DNA from: Patescibacteria group bacterium
GTDB lineage: Bacteria > Patescibacteriota > Patescibacteriia > 2-02-FULL-49-11
Assembly: GCA_041645165.1 (NCBI GenBank)
Contig: JBAZQN010000012.1
Coordinates: forward strand, 636-64,635
Direction of reading: 5' to 3'
DNA length: 64,000 bases
In this document: positions 29,926-38,383 of the stretch, piece by piece
Layout of the letters: each line of letters opens with the position of its first letter
Position numbering within the stretch: the first letter of the stretch is position 1
Translations under genes and position numbers: made by a program
Notes under the pieces: model-generated
The model's input: only the letters and a program-made list of their open reading frames with translations
Database searches by the model: none
What the model was told of the DNA's origin: nothing

Positions 29926-30225
29926 ATGGTGTTTTATTCCATGATATTTAAAACAAAACACGCAGTTATAGTATTAATCTCTATTTTTGCATTGGACTTA
30001 GTTTATTTGGTGGGTGTCATTAATCGCATAGATTCTATCATCAATTATTCAATATGGTGGTTTAGCATTGCGTTTATTGGATTCGCCCTTTCTTATATAA
30101 TGAATAAAGCTGATTTTGAAGATAAGACAGCGATTAATATATTTATAACAATCGGTCTTCTCATTAATCTTGTTCTCATAGTGTTTTGGTATCTTTTTAG
30201 AGATTTTGACCCAATATTTCTATAA
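29926..30225 (+). CDS. Small polytopic membrane protein (99 aa), family 2; upstream MKVTKPQQLYILI leader reading frame is frameshifted relative to the paralog at 31413
   Basis: Paralog of 31413-31694 and 30206-30520 (C-terminal FWY(I/L)xKDFGF). Confidence 0.5.
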   Translation: MVFYSMIFKTKHAVIVLISIFALDLVYLVGVINRIDSIINYSIWWFSIAFIGFALSYIMNKADFEDKTAINIFITIGLLINLVLIVFWYLFRDFDPIFL

Positions 30226-30520
30226 ATATACGCATTATTCCCCGAAAGGCATATTAATTCTTGCAGTATCTTCTTTTGGATTGGATGTGTTATTTTACTT
30301 AACCGTAAAAAGTAATAGCACTTTCATTATTCAGAGTAGTATATTGTGTATCATTTTGAGCTTTATAGGATTTGTTTGGCTGTTGATTCTGAATAGAAAA
30401 ACACCTTCATCTAATAAAGATAGCAGATGGACTATATTAGGATTGATTGGTGTTGTGATTAATCTGTATTTCCTCTTTGGATGGTCGTATTGGTTTGTAT
30501 TTAAAGATTTTGGGTTTTAA
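30206..30520 (+). CDS. Small polytopic membrane protein (104 aa), family 2
   Basis: Ends WSYWFVFKDFGF like the other family 2 members; overlaps the preceding gene by 20 nt. Confidence 0.5.
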   Translation: MTQYFYKYTHYSPKGILILAVSSFGLDVLFYLTVKSNSTFIIQSSILCIILSFIGFVWLLILNRKTPSSNKDSRWTILGLIGVVINLYFLFGWSYWFVFKDFGF

Positions 30521-30526
30521 GTTGTT

Positions 30527-31012
30527 ATGAAAAATTTAAGAAAAATAATGGTTTATTTATCAGTCTTTACTGGTTTATTGGGTTTGTGTATTGGGCAATA
30601 TTTTTATTTCGCAGCTAAATCATACCGATTAAGATCCCTTTGTCCCGTGCGTAGTGAAGTCAAATATCAATGTTTAGATAAATATCAAAATTTTGGACTC
30701 TGGCTCTCACTTATCTCTTTCTTTGTTTTGGTTATCTTAGTTATTATGTTTATCGTTAGTGAACCACGGATTCGTGTGGTGTGGAAAAAATTTACATTCT
30801 GGTTCATTCCCCTAGCTATCATAATCACCCTCGTGAGCCCCGGCAGCTGCGGAGGGTCAATTAGTAGTTTACTCTGTTGGAGCCAAGAATGGTCCGTCAT
30901 GTTTTTCTCCGTAGTCTATATCTCCGTATCTATCTTGATACTTATCATCAAGTCGTGGAAATTAAGAAAAGAGAATAAAGCGAATGAGCTTCCTATTAAG
31001 ACACAGGGTTGA
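30527..31012 (+). CDS. Membrane protein (161 aa) with Cys-containing loops
   Basis: 4 TM helices; AT-rich island. Confidence 0.5.
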   Translation: MKNLRKIMVYLSVFTGLLGLCIGQYFYFAAKSYRLRSLCPVRSEVKYQCLDKYQNFGLWLSLISFFVLVILVIMFIVSEPRIRVVWKKFTFWFIPLAIIITLVSPGSCGGSISSLLCWSQEWSVMFFSVVYISVSILILIIKSWKLRKENKANELPIKTQG

Positions 31013-31027
31013 CGACTCATCTGTATT

Positions 31028-31342
31028 ATGGAATCGAAACACTCATTAACAGGAAGGGTTAATAAAGTATCGTTATGGTACAATATAGCCGTAATTTTAA
31101 TTGTTATTTTATTTTTTACTTATTTCATTGCTAAGGATCTTTTTATTGAGATTACATCGTGGGCAATGGTCATTATGCTGCCTCTTTTAAGTCTACTAAT
31201 AATCCTTTCCCCTTTTATTTATATTTGGAAGTTCAAGAAGAGATGGAATTTTTTTAAACGTATGCATTGCGCTCATCAGCACGGCAATCCTCACTATGGC
31301 AGTATATTTTGGTTGGGTCGTTTTTTTAAACTACATGTTTGA
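31028..31342 (+). pseudogene. Frameshifted paralog of 29449-29820 (small membrane protein family 1)
   Basis: DNA 31255-31380 is near-identical to 29695-29820 but the reading frame diverges after ...FKKRWNFFKRM; the original C-terminus (VYFGWVVFLNYMFDVMGEA(L/F)LSTF) is retained in another frame. Confidence 0.5.
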
Positions 31343-31412
31343 TGTCATGGGCGAAGCATTCTTGAGCACGTTTTAAAAAGTCCCATTTCTGCGGGCTTGT
31401 TGGGTCTTTTAT

Positions 31413-31694
31413 ATGAAAGTTACTAAACCACAACAGTTGTATATATTAATAATGGTATCATTTGTTATCGACGCTCTGTACTACTACGGTTATCTAAACC
31501 TAATTGATGTATTTATTGATTACGCGATAGGCTGGTTTGTTCTCGCGCTTATCGGATTCATTGGTTCATATTTCCTGCTATACACAATCGACATCAAACA
31601 CAAGGCAGCTTTGAGCATTGTCATCACAATCGGCGTGCTCATCAATTTAGGATTCACTTTCTTCTGGTATATTCTTAAAGATTTCGGGTTTTAA
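31413..31694 (+). CDS. Small polytopic membrane protein (93 aa), family 2
   Basis: MKVTKPQQLYILIMVSFVIDALYYYGY...; 85-bp upstream region duplicated at 29820-29905. Confidence 0.55.
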   Translation: MKVTKPQQLYILIMVSFVIDALYYYGYLNLIDVFIDYAIGWFVLALIGFIGSYFLLYTIDIKHKAALSIVITIGVLINLGFTFFWYILKDFGF

Positions 31695-31702
31695 TAGGTT
31701 TT

Positions 31703-32152
31703 ATGTACGAAATCAAAGTGCGCATGATGAATGAAGCAATGGCGAGGAAACTCATTGAGCCCCTAGGATTAGGGGAGCCTCACCATGTCGAGACCGCCAC
31801 CCATACGTACCTAGCCGACCCTCATGTGACGAGGAAAATCAAGAATGACCATGGCACGCTTTCCTACACCATTATGCAGCGCCATGGGGCGGGGTTTACC
31901 TCTGCCGTTGAGGAAATTTCTGAAACCCGCGCTGAGGAACTTAAGCGCGAATACCCGCCCCGCGTGAGTCTGGCAATGACGAGAACGGTGTGGCAGGAGG
32001 AGGGAGTTGCCATTGCCCTGAATGTGGTGGACAAATTAGGAGTATTTTTGGAATTCCAAGGTGAGGATTTTGAAACGCTCAAAAGCTGGCCTCGGAAGAT
32101 AGGGTTTTCAGAACACCACTATCTCACCCGGGCTTATGATGAAATTTTATGA
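31703..32152 (+). CDS. CYTH-domain protein (class IV adenylate cyclase / triphosphatase-like)
   Basis: MYEIKVRMMNE (ExExK-type start), 149 aa, eight-strand CYTH pattern; GC returns to genome average. Confidence 0.6.
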   Translation: MYEIKVRMMNEAMARKLIEPLGLGEPHHVETATHTYLADPHVTRKIKNDHGTLSYTIMQRHGAGFTSAVEEISETRAEELKREYPPRVSLAMTRTVWQEEGVAIALNVVDKLGVFLEFQGEDFETLKSWPRKIGFSEHHYLTRAYDEIL

Positions 32153-32212
32153 CCTACGATGAAATAGTGGTAGAATATCTGCGTAATCTGCGTAATAACC
32201 TAGTTTTGTATT

Positions 32213-32611
32213 GTGCAATTTTCTCAGGAAGCATTTGAACAGCTGGTACGAGAGGAGGTGCAGCTTCTGCCAAAACGGTTCCGCCAGAAGATCAAGAATT
32301 GCGCTTTTTTTATCGCACAAGAGCCAACCCGCGAGCAGCTACGCAACGCGCGCGTGCGCGCAGGCTCTACCCTGCTCGCATTATATGAGGGCGTGCCCCA
32401 GCTCCACCGGACCATCGCGACAGGCACCGCGCTTCCGGACCGCATTACGCTTTTTCAGGGTCCTTTAGAAGCGCTCGCCGGAAACCCTGTCAACTCCGAT
32501 CTTCTTCGCAAGGCAGTGCGCGACACCGTGTGGCATGAGATCGCGCATCATTTCGGGTTTGAGGAACACGAAGTGCGCGCCATGGAGCGTACAAGGCGGA
32601 AGAGTGTCTAA
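32213..32611 (+). CDS. Zincin-like metallopeptidase family protein (DUF1025/Zincin_1, HExxH)
   Basis: C-terminal TVWHEIAHHFGFEEHEV; 132 aa. Confidence 0.65.
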   Translation: MQFSQEAFEQLVREEVQLLPKRFRQKIKNCAFFIAQEPTREQLRNARVRAGSTLLALYEGVPQLHRTIATGTALPDRITLFQGPLEALAGNPVNSDLLRKAVRDTVWHEIAHHFGFEEHEVRAMERTRRKSV

Positions 32612-32793
32612 GAGGTGGGCGGGGGGGCGTTCACCTTTTTTTATTTTATATCGGCATTTCAATGGTTCTGTTGTAGCGTGGCCCCGCCTGGGCGTGGCCA
32701 CACGATCGGTTGAGTCGGAGACATCCCAGTCATTCGACGGGATAAAAGCTCCGACGCTACAGAGTTGATAAAAGTGCCCGAAGGGCTTAATTT

Positions 32794-34110
32794 ATGAAAC
32801 TCTACCAGACTCTCCATGCGGTGATACACGGCGTAGATGCGCACGGACGCGGCACGGCGACCGCGGAAGGTAAGCTGCTCGCAGTGCCTTTTGCCTTCCC
32901 CGGCGATGAAGCTGACGTGCGGCCGGCGCATCGCGAGCATGGGATATTGGTGTGTGAGCTCGTGGCGCTTACCCGCCCTTCGCCATGGCGCGTGGCTCCC
33001 CAATGCGACCATGCGGACCGGTCAGGGGGATGCTTCTGGCAGGTTATTGCGTATGAGAAGCAATTGGAATGGAAACGGATGATCACGCAAATGTTTTTCG
33101 ACACGGCAGGAGTGTCATTATCGGTGCCGGAGGTTATTCCCAGCGCCCCGCTTTTCGAGTTTCGGAATAAGATGGAATTCGCAATCGGCGAAGGTCCCGT
33201 AATTGGCACCAAAGCGCCGGGGAAATGGTGGGAGATCGTGGACATGGACGGATGTCTGCTTCTTTCGCGCGAATCGTGCGAGGTGGTGCGCCGCGTGCGC
33301 GCGTTTCTCACGCAGCACCGCGTGCCCTCATGGAACGCGCGGTTGCATCAGGGATATGCGCGGTATCTTGTGATTCGGGAAGGGAAATACACGCATGAGC
33401 GCATGGTAACCTTGATTACCGCGCCCGGGGCATTGCCCGGAGCCGAGGATCTCATCACACTTTTGCATCCGCTCACCACGTCGCTCTACCACGGCATTAA
33501 TTTTTCTTTGAGCGATACTGCACTCGCAGATACGCTCACGCTTCTTGCGGGAGACCCTTATCTTCACGAGCAAGTGGGGGAATTGAGGCTCGCCATCAGC
33601 CCCAATTCGTTTTTTCAGACCAATTCATTTATGATAGAGAAGCTGATGGATGTGGTGGAAGATCTCCTGCAGTTAGCGCCGCGCGAGAAACTTCTCGACC
33701 TCTATTGCGGATTAGGATTATTTTCTTTGAAATATGCGCCTCTGTGCGCGCAGGTGATCGGCATTGAGGCGGCACAAGAAGCGGTGGCGATGGCCATACG
33801 GAATCAGGAGACGAATAAGATCGCCAATGTTGAATTTAAGGCGGGGAAAGTTGAGGATTTATCATGGGTAAGCCCTTGGGCTGATGCGGCTATTGTGGAT
33901 CCGCCGCGGGCAGGGCTTCATCCGGACGTCATAGAGGCATTCATAAAGTGCGGCCCTCAAAGGTTTGTGTATGTCTGCTGCAATCCTAAAGCGTTCGCGC
34001 GGGAACTGGCCGCACTGCAAGCCGCGTATCGCGTCACTGCCATGCGCGCGCTTGACCTCTTCCCCCACTCGCCGCACGTGGAACTGGTGGTGAGGCTTGA
34101 GAGAATATAG
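32794..34110 (+). CDS. 23S rRNA (uracil-C5)-methyltransferase, RumA/RlmD family (TRAM + class I SAM MTase)
   Basis: N-terminal TRAM-like beta-barrel; SAM motif LLDLYCGLGLFSL; motif IV IVDPPRAGL; catalytic Cys region FVYVCCNP. Confidence 0.85.
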   Translation: MKLYQTLHAVIHGVDAHGRGTATAEGKLLAVPFAFPGDEADVRPAHREHGILVCELVALTRPSPWRVAPQCDHADRSGGCFWQVIAYEKQLEWKRMITQMFFDTAGVSLSVPEVIPSAPLFEFRNKMEFAIGEGPVIGTKAPGKWWEIVDMDGCLLLSRESCEVVRRVRAFLTQHRVPSWNARLHQGYARYLVIREGKYTHERMVTLITAPGALPGAEDLITLLHPLTTSLYHGINFSLSDTALADTLTLLAGDPYLHEQVGELRLAISPNSFFQTNSFMIEKLMDVVEDLLQLAPREKLLDLYCGLGLFSLKYAPLCAQVIGIEAAQEAVAMAIRNQETNKIANVEFKAGKVEDLSWVSPWADAAIVDPPRAGLHPDVIEAFIKCGPQRFVYVCCNPKAFARELAALQAAYRVTAMRALDLFPHSPHVELVVRLERI

Positions 34111-34203
34111 AATTTAGAATCAAGAATCTGGAATGAATATCGAATAATGGTATGCAGAATGTGTCAATATCTAGATTCTCATTTCTAGCTTCCAGATTTT
34201 ATC

Positions 34204-35097
34204 ATGGTACAATACATGAGCATGACTGAACCAACCCCCCCACATCCATATAAATGCGGTATCGTCGTCCTTATTGGCCGATCCAACGTCGGCAAATCAA
34301 CGCTCCTCAATGCCTTGGTGGGCGAGAAGGTAGCCCCGGTGTCGCCCCTGCCGCAGACGACGCGGCAGCCGGTGCAGGGCGTCCTCACCACTGATGAGGG
34401 ACAGTTGGTATTCGTGGATACGCCGGGATTGCTCAAGGGTTCGAAAGACAAGATCACGGGACGCATTAACCAGACGATTAAGGAAAGTTTGGAAGGCGTG
34501 GACCTTGTCCTTTATGTGGCAGACCCCACGCGCATGATTGGCGAAGAGGAGCGGGCGCTGCTCGCAATGGTAAGGCCTCTTCCTATTCCGAAATTGCTCG
34601 TGATCAACAAGAGCGAAATCGCGGATGCGCCTTATGGCGAGGATTACAGGGATCTGCGTGAAGATTTTGCCGCGATCATGGAAGTGTCGGCGCTCACTGG
34701 CAGCGGCCTTAAGGTTTTGGTGAATGAGTGCCTCGCGCGCCTCCCGGAGGGGGTCATGCTCTATCCTCCCGAAGAAAAGACGAATATATCTCACACGCGG
34801 TGGATTGAGGAAATGATCCGCGAGAAGCTTTATTATTATCTCCACAAGGAAGTGCCCTATACTGCCACGGTGCGCGTGGAAGAAATAAATGAACGGGCAA
34901 ACAAGGTGCTTTACATACGCGCCGTGGTGGTCACCACGGATGCGCGTTACCGCAAAATGATCATCGGACACGGCGCCCAGCGGATTAAGGAGATAGGCAC
35001 TGCGGCGCGCAAAGAGCTAAGCCTCGCCCTCAACCGGCCGGTGTACCTCGATCTTACCGTGGATGTAGATACGCATTGGATGACGAGGATGGAGTAA
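34204..35097 (+). CDS. era: GTPase Era
   Basis: G1 GRSNVGKSTLLNAL, G2 QTTRQP, G3 DTPG, G4 NKSE; C-terminal KH domain; 297 aa. Confidence 0.93.
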   Translation: MVQYMSMTEPTPPHPYKCGIVVLIGRSNVGKSTLLNALVGEKVAPVSPLPQTTRQPVQGVLTTDEGQLVFVDTPGLLKGSKDKITGRINQTIKESLEGVDLVLYVADPTRMIGEEERALLAMVRPLPIPKLLVINKSEIADAPYGEDYRDLREDFAAIMEVSALTGSGLKVLVNECLARLPEGVMLYPPEEKTNISHTRWIEEMIREKLYYYLHKEVPYTATVRVEEINERANKVLYIRAVVVTTDARYRKMIIGHGAQRIKEIGTAARKELSLALNRPVYLDLTVDVDTHWMTRME

Positions 35098-35104
35098 GGT
35101 TCTA

Positions 35105-35460
35105 TAAGACTAGAAATATGGTTCCATTACGCCGCGGTTGCCGCCTTTCTTGTTGCGGAACTCGGCTAATCGCTCGGATTGCCCGTTGCGCAACACGCGT
35201 CCCCGCCTCCAGCGCGGCGGGGCGCTCCGCCTCGGCAGGGCGACTCCGACGTGACGTCGGAGACCATGCTCGCCCTGCCTGCGGAGGGTAGCGCAAGAGC
35301 AATCCTCGCTTAGGGGAAGAATCGATCACACAGTCCCTGTCTGCCGTAGCCATTTCTACGGGGGTGTTCCCTACGTCAATGAGGATTCTATCATCATGGA
35401 TGTTGCCGTTCATTGTTGACAGGCGATGACAGGCGGGCTCACAGCGAAACGCGGCACCCG
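35105..35460. ncRNA. Candidate structured RNA: GC-rich 350-nt non-coding block with nested helices (class and strand undetermined)
   Basis: Nested pairing GCGCUCCGC/GCGGAG(GG)UAGCGC around GGCAGGGCGA/UCGCCCUGCC around CUCCGAC-GUGAC-GUCGGAG; AAUCCUC/GAGGAUU around UAGGGGAA/UUCCCUA around CCGUAG/CUACGG; only Arg-rich low-complexity ORFs; between era and a minus-strand gene. Confidence 0.3.
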
Positions 35461-35463
35461 CGG

Positions 35464-35973
35464 CTAGTCATACTTTAGAGAAGATTTATCTATAAGGCGA
35501 GGCGTGTGTTCTCGGGTAAAGATAAGTACGCCGATAAAAATAAGCACAATGCTGATAAGTACTGCACCTGCAGTGCTGGGATCATCGCGCGTAGTGGCAA
35601 CACCGGCGACTTGGCCGGTCGAAATAGTGACCGGCAGCTTGATGCCTGAAGCGGCATTTGTGGCTCGAACGGTTAAGGGACGGCCTAGGATGGAAATATT
35701 AGTTTTTGAGTTTATGGGTTGTTGAGTTTGTGAATAGTATTCAATGGTGACTGTGGCGGATTTATTGGGCTCCAAGAGGAATGTGGTGGGAGTAATGATG
35801 AATGGAAAGAGGCTGTCGTTTTCCACTTCGTAAATCACGGTTTCACGGGAGGGATTCATCACGGTAAACGTACCTGTGATTTTTTTATTTGCCGCGCCAT
35901 GGAGGGTCAGTTCTCGGGGCGAGACTGAAATACCTACAGCGAGTACAATAGGAGGAAGCATCCATAACGTCAT
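35464..35973 (-). CDS. Small secreted/anchored surface protein (N-terminal hydrophobic segment, beta-rich domain, C-terminal TM anchor)
   Basis: True start MTLWMLPPIVLAVGISV at 35973, where the ATG lies inside the proximal TIR (ggaATGac) of MITE A; the track N-terminus (…IPACAGM) is MITE read-through; C-terminal AVLISIVLIFIGVLIF anchor. Confidence 0.6.
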   Translation of the reverse strand: MTLWMLPPIVLAVGISVSPRELTLHGAANKKITGTFTVMNPSRETVIYEVENDSLFPFIITPTTFLLEPNKSATVTIEYYSQTQQPINSKTNISILGRPLTVRATNAASGIKLPVTISTGQVAGVATTRDDPSTAGAVLISIVLIFIGVLIFTREHTPRLIDKSSLKYD

Positions 35974-36144
35974 TCCCGCGCAGGCGGGAATCCAGATGAA
36001 AACAAAAAATAAAAATCGTAATGACTGTTTGTTTATCTTTGTTTCCCCGATCAGAGCCTGCCCCGTACTTGATACGGGGTCGGGGGCGGCGTCTGGATCC
36101 CGCATCAAGCCTGCCCCGTACCGCGATACGGGGTGCGGGATGAC
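35969..36144. mobile_element. MITE-like element family A copy 2 (with internal duplication of the ccccgta...tacgggg hairpin)
   Basis: gtcattcccgcgcaggcgggaatccag ... cgggatgac termini; supplies the start codon of 35464-35973. Confidence 0.7.
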
Positions 36145-36216
36145 GTTGAATAGTGTTTGGAAGCTCATACCCCCGGCGTTTAAGTGCGTTGTGAATGCGT
36201 GTGAATGCGATTTGTG

Positions 36217-38013
36217 TTACTGCGCCTGTCCCCAAAAGACGAGCGTACCTTGCGATACGCCTGTTTCGTTCCCGCTGGGCACGGAGAGCGCAACCTCCAC
36301 CGTTTGAGTTGATTGCGCATTAAGCGATGTGTCAAAAGATCTCCATGAAGAGCCCGAAAGCCGCAGGTTGTCGACAAAGAGCTCGTCGCCGCGGACCGCG
36401 CTGGTGAATGAAAGAGGCGCGTCTCCAGTATTGCGCAGGAGGAGCGTGCGGTCTGCGGCCCTGCCTTGCGGTACATTGCCAAAGTCAAGAAGCGAAGGCT
36501 CGACCGTGAACCCTAGGGTTACGCCGTCCGCATTTCCGCCACCGGGCGCGGGAACCACATAAACCAATAAACCCACTGCGTTGCCATCTCCTATCGTGAG
36601 GGTGACCCGATTGGAACGGATTGCGCCGTCAGCCTCCGCCCAAATGGTCCACACGCCATCCGATAATGTAATAGTCGCCTCGCCTTGCGCGTCTGTCTGT
36701 ATTGGTTCAGTCCCCCCATAGAGCGTGGCGGCAATCGGACTCCAACTATTATTGCTGAATTGTTGAATTGTTATATTGGCAGATTGGCCGTTGATCGTGC
36801 GGGTGGTAGATGCTGAAAGGCGCAAGGGACTCCACTCGAATTCCCCATAATACCAGAGCACTTCATCTCCCGGCGCTAATGCATAGTCAGCGGCGCCACG
36901 GTCAGGGAGTGCCCAGTTGACGCGGTAGAGCCACCCCTTTGTCCCTTGCGCCGCATCGTTGTTGATCGTCTTTACATAAGGGCCGAACGAGGTTTGCGGG
37001 ATATCATAGGTGAAGCCGCACGCAGATGCGGCAGCGGGAATGATATCTAAGGCGCTGGCTAGTTGCGGAGCGAGCGCGGCGGTGCCGGTGCAGACTGGGT
37101 TTAACGATCCTTCTATGCGGTAGGACACGGTCGTGGCATGTTCTGGCACAAAGGAGGCGACCGGGAGGCTTTTGCCTGCGAGCGCGATCACGGCATATGC
37201 GGTTGAGATCGGCGTGAACGAGGTTTCATCGGTGAAGGTGGAGGAATGCGCAAAACTGCCATTCGGCTGCTGCAGCGCAAGGAGGTGGTCAAGCGCGTCT
37301 TTGCCATTCTTTTCCCATGCGGAGGAAGCGGGATCCTGGCCTGCTTTTCTCACTGCGTGCGCAACCCAGGCGGAGGACGATGTGTCGGAAGGATCCGGCT
37401 CACTGGTATAGGGATTGGCGGGCCAGAAGTAGGGGAATCCGCCGTCCTCATTTTGCGTGCCCTTCAGCCAGAGAAGCGCTCTTGAAATTGGCTCTTGGGA
37501 TGGGGCGACTCCCGCTTCTATAAGCGCCTGAATGGCCGCTGCGGTGGTGTTGGTATCGCCCCATGACCCGTTCTCCTGCTGTGCATTGAGGAGAGTTGTT
37601 TTTGCGTCTTGGATCGCCGGGTCGTCAGAGGCCTCTCCTGCCGCAGAAAGCGCAAGAATTCCGAAAATATCATCGTTGAGAAGCGCAGGGTCGCCGATTT
37701 GGCCGTTGGTGTGGAACGTGTTGAGCTTCGCGACCAAGTCGATCCCGGTAAAAGTGCGGGGATCGTATCCTGCCGCGACAATCGCGAGTATCGGCGCTTC
37801 CATCGTGATGGCAGAGCTGGTATCTGCCGTTTTTAGGTATTCGGCAGGGACTTCTGTGTCTCCTGCGGCTACAAGCGCCATGGTAGCCCAGGGGGCGGCG
37901 GGTTTGGATTTGAGATAGGTAATGGCGCGGGAGAGAGGGGCGTCTGCTTGCAATGAGAGTGACGGGATAAGGGATGAGGCGATGAGGAGCGCGGTTACGC
38001 ACCTCACTGTCAT
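36217..38013 (-). CDS. Secreted prenyltransferase/squalene-oxidase-repeat (alpha/alpha-toroid) protein with C-terminal beta-sandwich domains
   Basis: Signal MTVRCVTALLIASSLIPSLSLQA; repeated QxxxGxW-like motifs (QQENGSWGD, TQNEDGGFPY, LQQPNGSFAH); true start at 38013 inside the MITE A TIR (gggATGac); the track N-terminal 62 aa are MITE read-through. Confidence 0.7.
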   Translation of the reverse strand: MTVRCVTALLIASSLIPSLSLQADAPLSRAITYLKSKPAAPWATMALVAAGDTEVPAEYLKTADTSSAITMEAPILAIVAAGYDPRTFTGIDLVAKLNTFHTNGQIGDPALLNDDIFGILALSAAGEASDDPAIQDAKTTLLNAQQENGSWGDTNTTAAAIQALIEAGVAPSQEPISRALLWLKGTQNEDGGFPYFWPANPYTSEPDPSDTSSSAWVAHAVRKAGQDPASSAWEKNGKDALDHLLALQQPNGSFAHSSTFTDETSFTPISTAYAVIALAGKSLPVASFVPEHATTVSYRIEGSLNPVCTGTAALAPQLASALDIIPAAASACGFTYDIPQTSFGPYVKTINNDAAQGTKGWLYRVNWALPDRGAADYALAPGDEVLWYYGEFEWSPLRLSASTTRTINGQSANITIQQFSNNSWSPIAATLYGGTEPIQTDAQGEATITLSDGVWTIWAEADGAIRSNRVTLTIGDGNAVGLLVYVVPAPGGGNADGVTLGFTVEPSLLDFGNVPQGRAADRTLLLRNTGDAPLSFTSAVRGDELFVDNLRLSGSSWRSFDTSLNAQSTQTVEVALSVPSGNETGVSQGTLVFWGQAQ

Positions 38014-38131
38014 CCCCGACCAGAACCTGCCCCGTACCGAGATACGGGGTCGGGGATCCAGAAGGGAAAAATAGACAAAAATCGATTTGTTTTTGTTCGT
38101 TTGTCTGGATTCCTGCTTTCGCAGGAATGAC
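38009..38131. mobile_element. MITE-like element family A copy 3
   Basis: gtcatccccgaccagaacctgccccgtaccgagatacggggtcggggatccag...aaaatcgatttgtttttgtt...tctggattcctgctttcgcaggaatgac; supplies the start codon of 36217-38013. Confidence 0.7.
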
Positions 38132-38152
38132 ACCAGCTGTGTGCGCATATAA

Positions 38153-38378
38153 GAAATAAAAAAAATCCACTCGAGGGAGTGGATGGTCTTAAAGCGCAAA
38201 GCATAAAATTGCGCATAAGGACCATGGTATAACTCTGCTCGGAGTCATGTGAGGGGGTTACTTTACTCCAGCGACCGGGCTTGTCCCGCCAAAATTTTGC
38301 TCTGCAAAACTTAGGCGGGCGTTACCGTTGCGGCACAGCGGGGGAATGAAACCCCACTTCCCTGTGAGTAAAGAGTCT
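38153..38378 (-). ncRNA. Candidate small RNA (about 210 nt) on the minus strand, ending in a strong intrinsic terminator
   Basis: Minus-strand hairpin aucCACUCccucGAGUGgau followed by U8 (38153-38184); upstream 190 nt folds into a multi-stem structure (UCUUUACUC/GAGUAAAG closing stem; CACAG..CUGUG; GCCCGCC-UAAG-UUUUGC-AGA-GCAAAA-UUUU-GGCGGGAC); no plausible ORF. Confidence 0.4.
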
Positions 38379-38383
38379 TGTGA

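Noticed and set aside
29415-31700. AT-rich island as a prophage or holin cassette
   Set aside because: No integrase, att-like tRNA junction, capsid/terminase or lysin genes; only small membrane proteins, so left as an unclassified island.
35102-35413. 103-aa Arg/Pro-rich ORF on the minus strand (and 35076-35291 plus) inside the GC-rich block
   Set aside because: Low-complexity composition driven by GC-rich structured sequence, no RBS/start context, overlaps nested helices; treated as non-coding.
37670-38170. Antisense ORFs encoding VIPAKAGIQ... and ...DSRLRGNDV... (also 35885-36235)
   Set aside because: These peptides are read-through of the MITE A repeat in alternative frames; they overlap the real minus-strand genes and the elements.
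35105-38378. Assignment of the two candidate structured RNAs to RNase P, tmRNA or SRP RNA
   Set aside because: Looked for P4/CR-I (AGGAAAGUCCGGGCUCC), CR-V, the tmRNA tag reading frame plus T-arm, and SRP domain IV GGAA motifs; none was convincingly present, so the class is left open.
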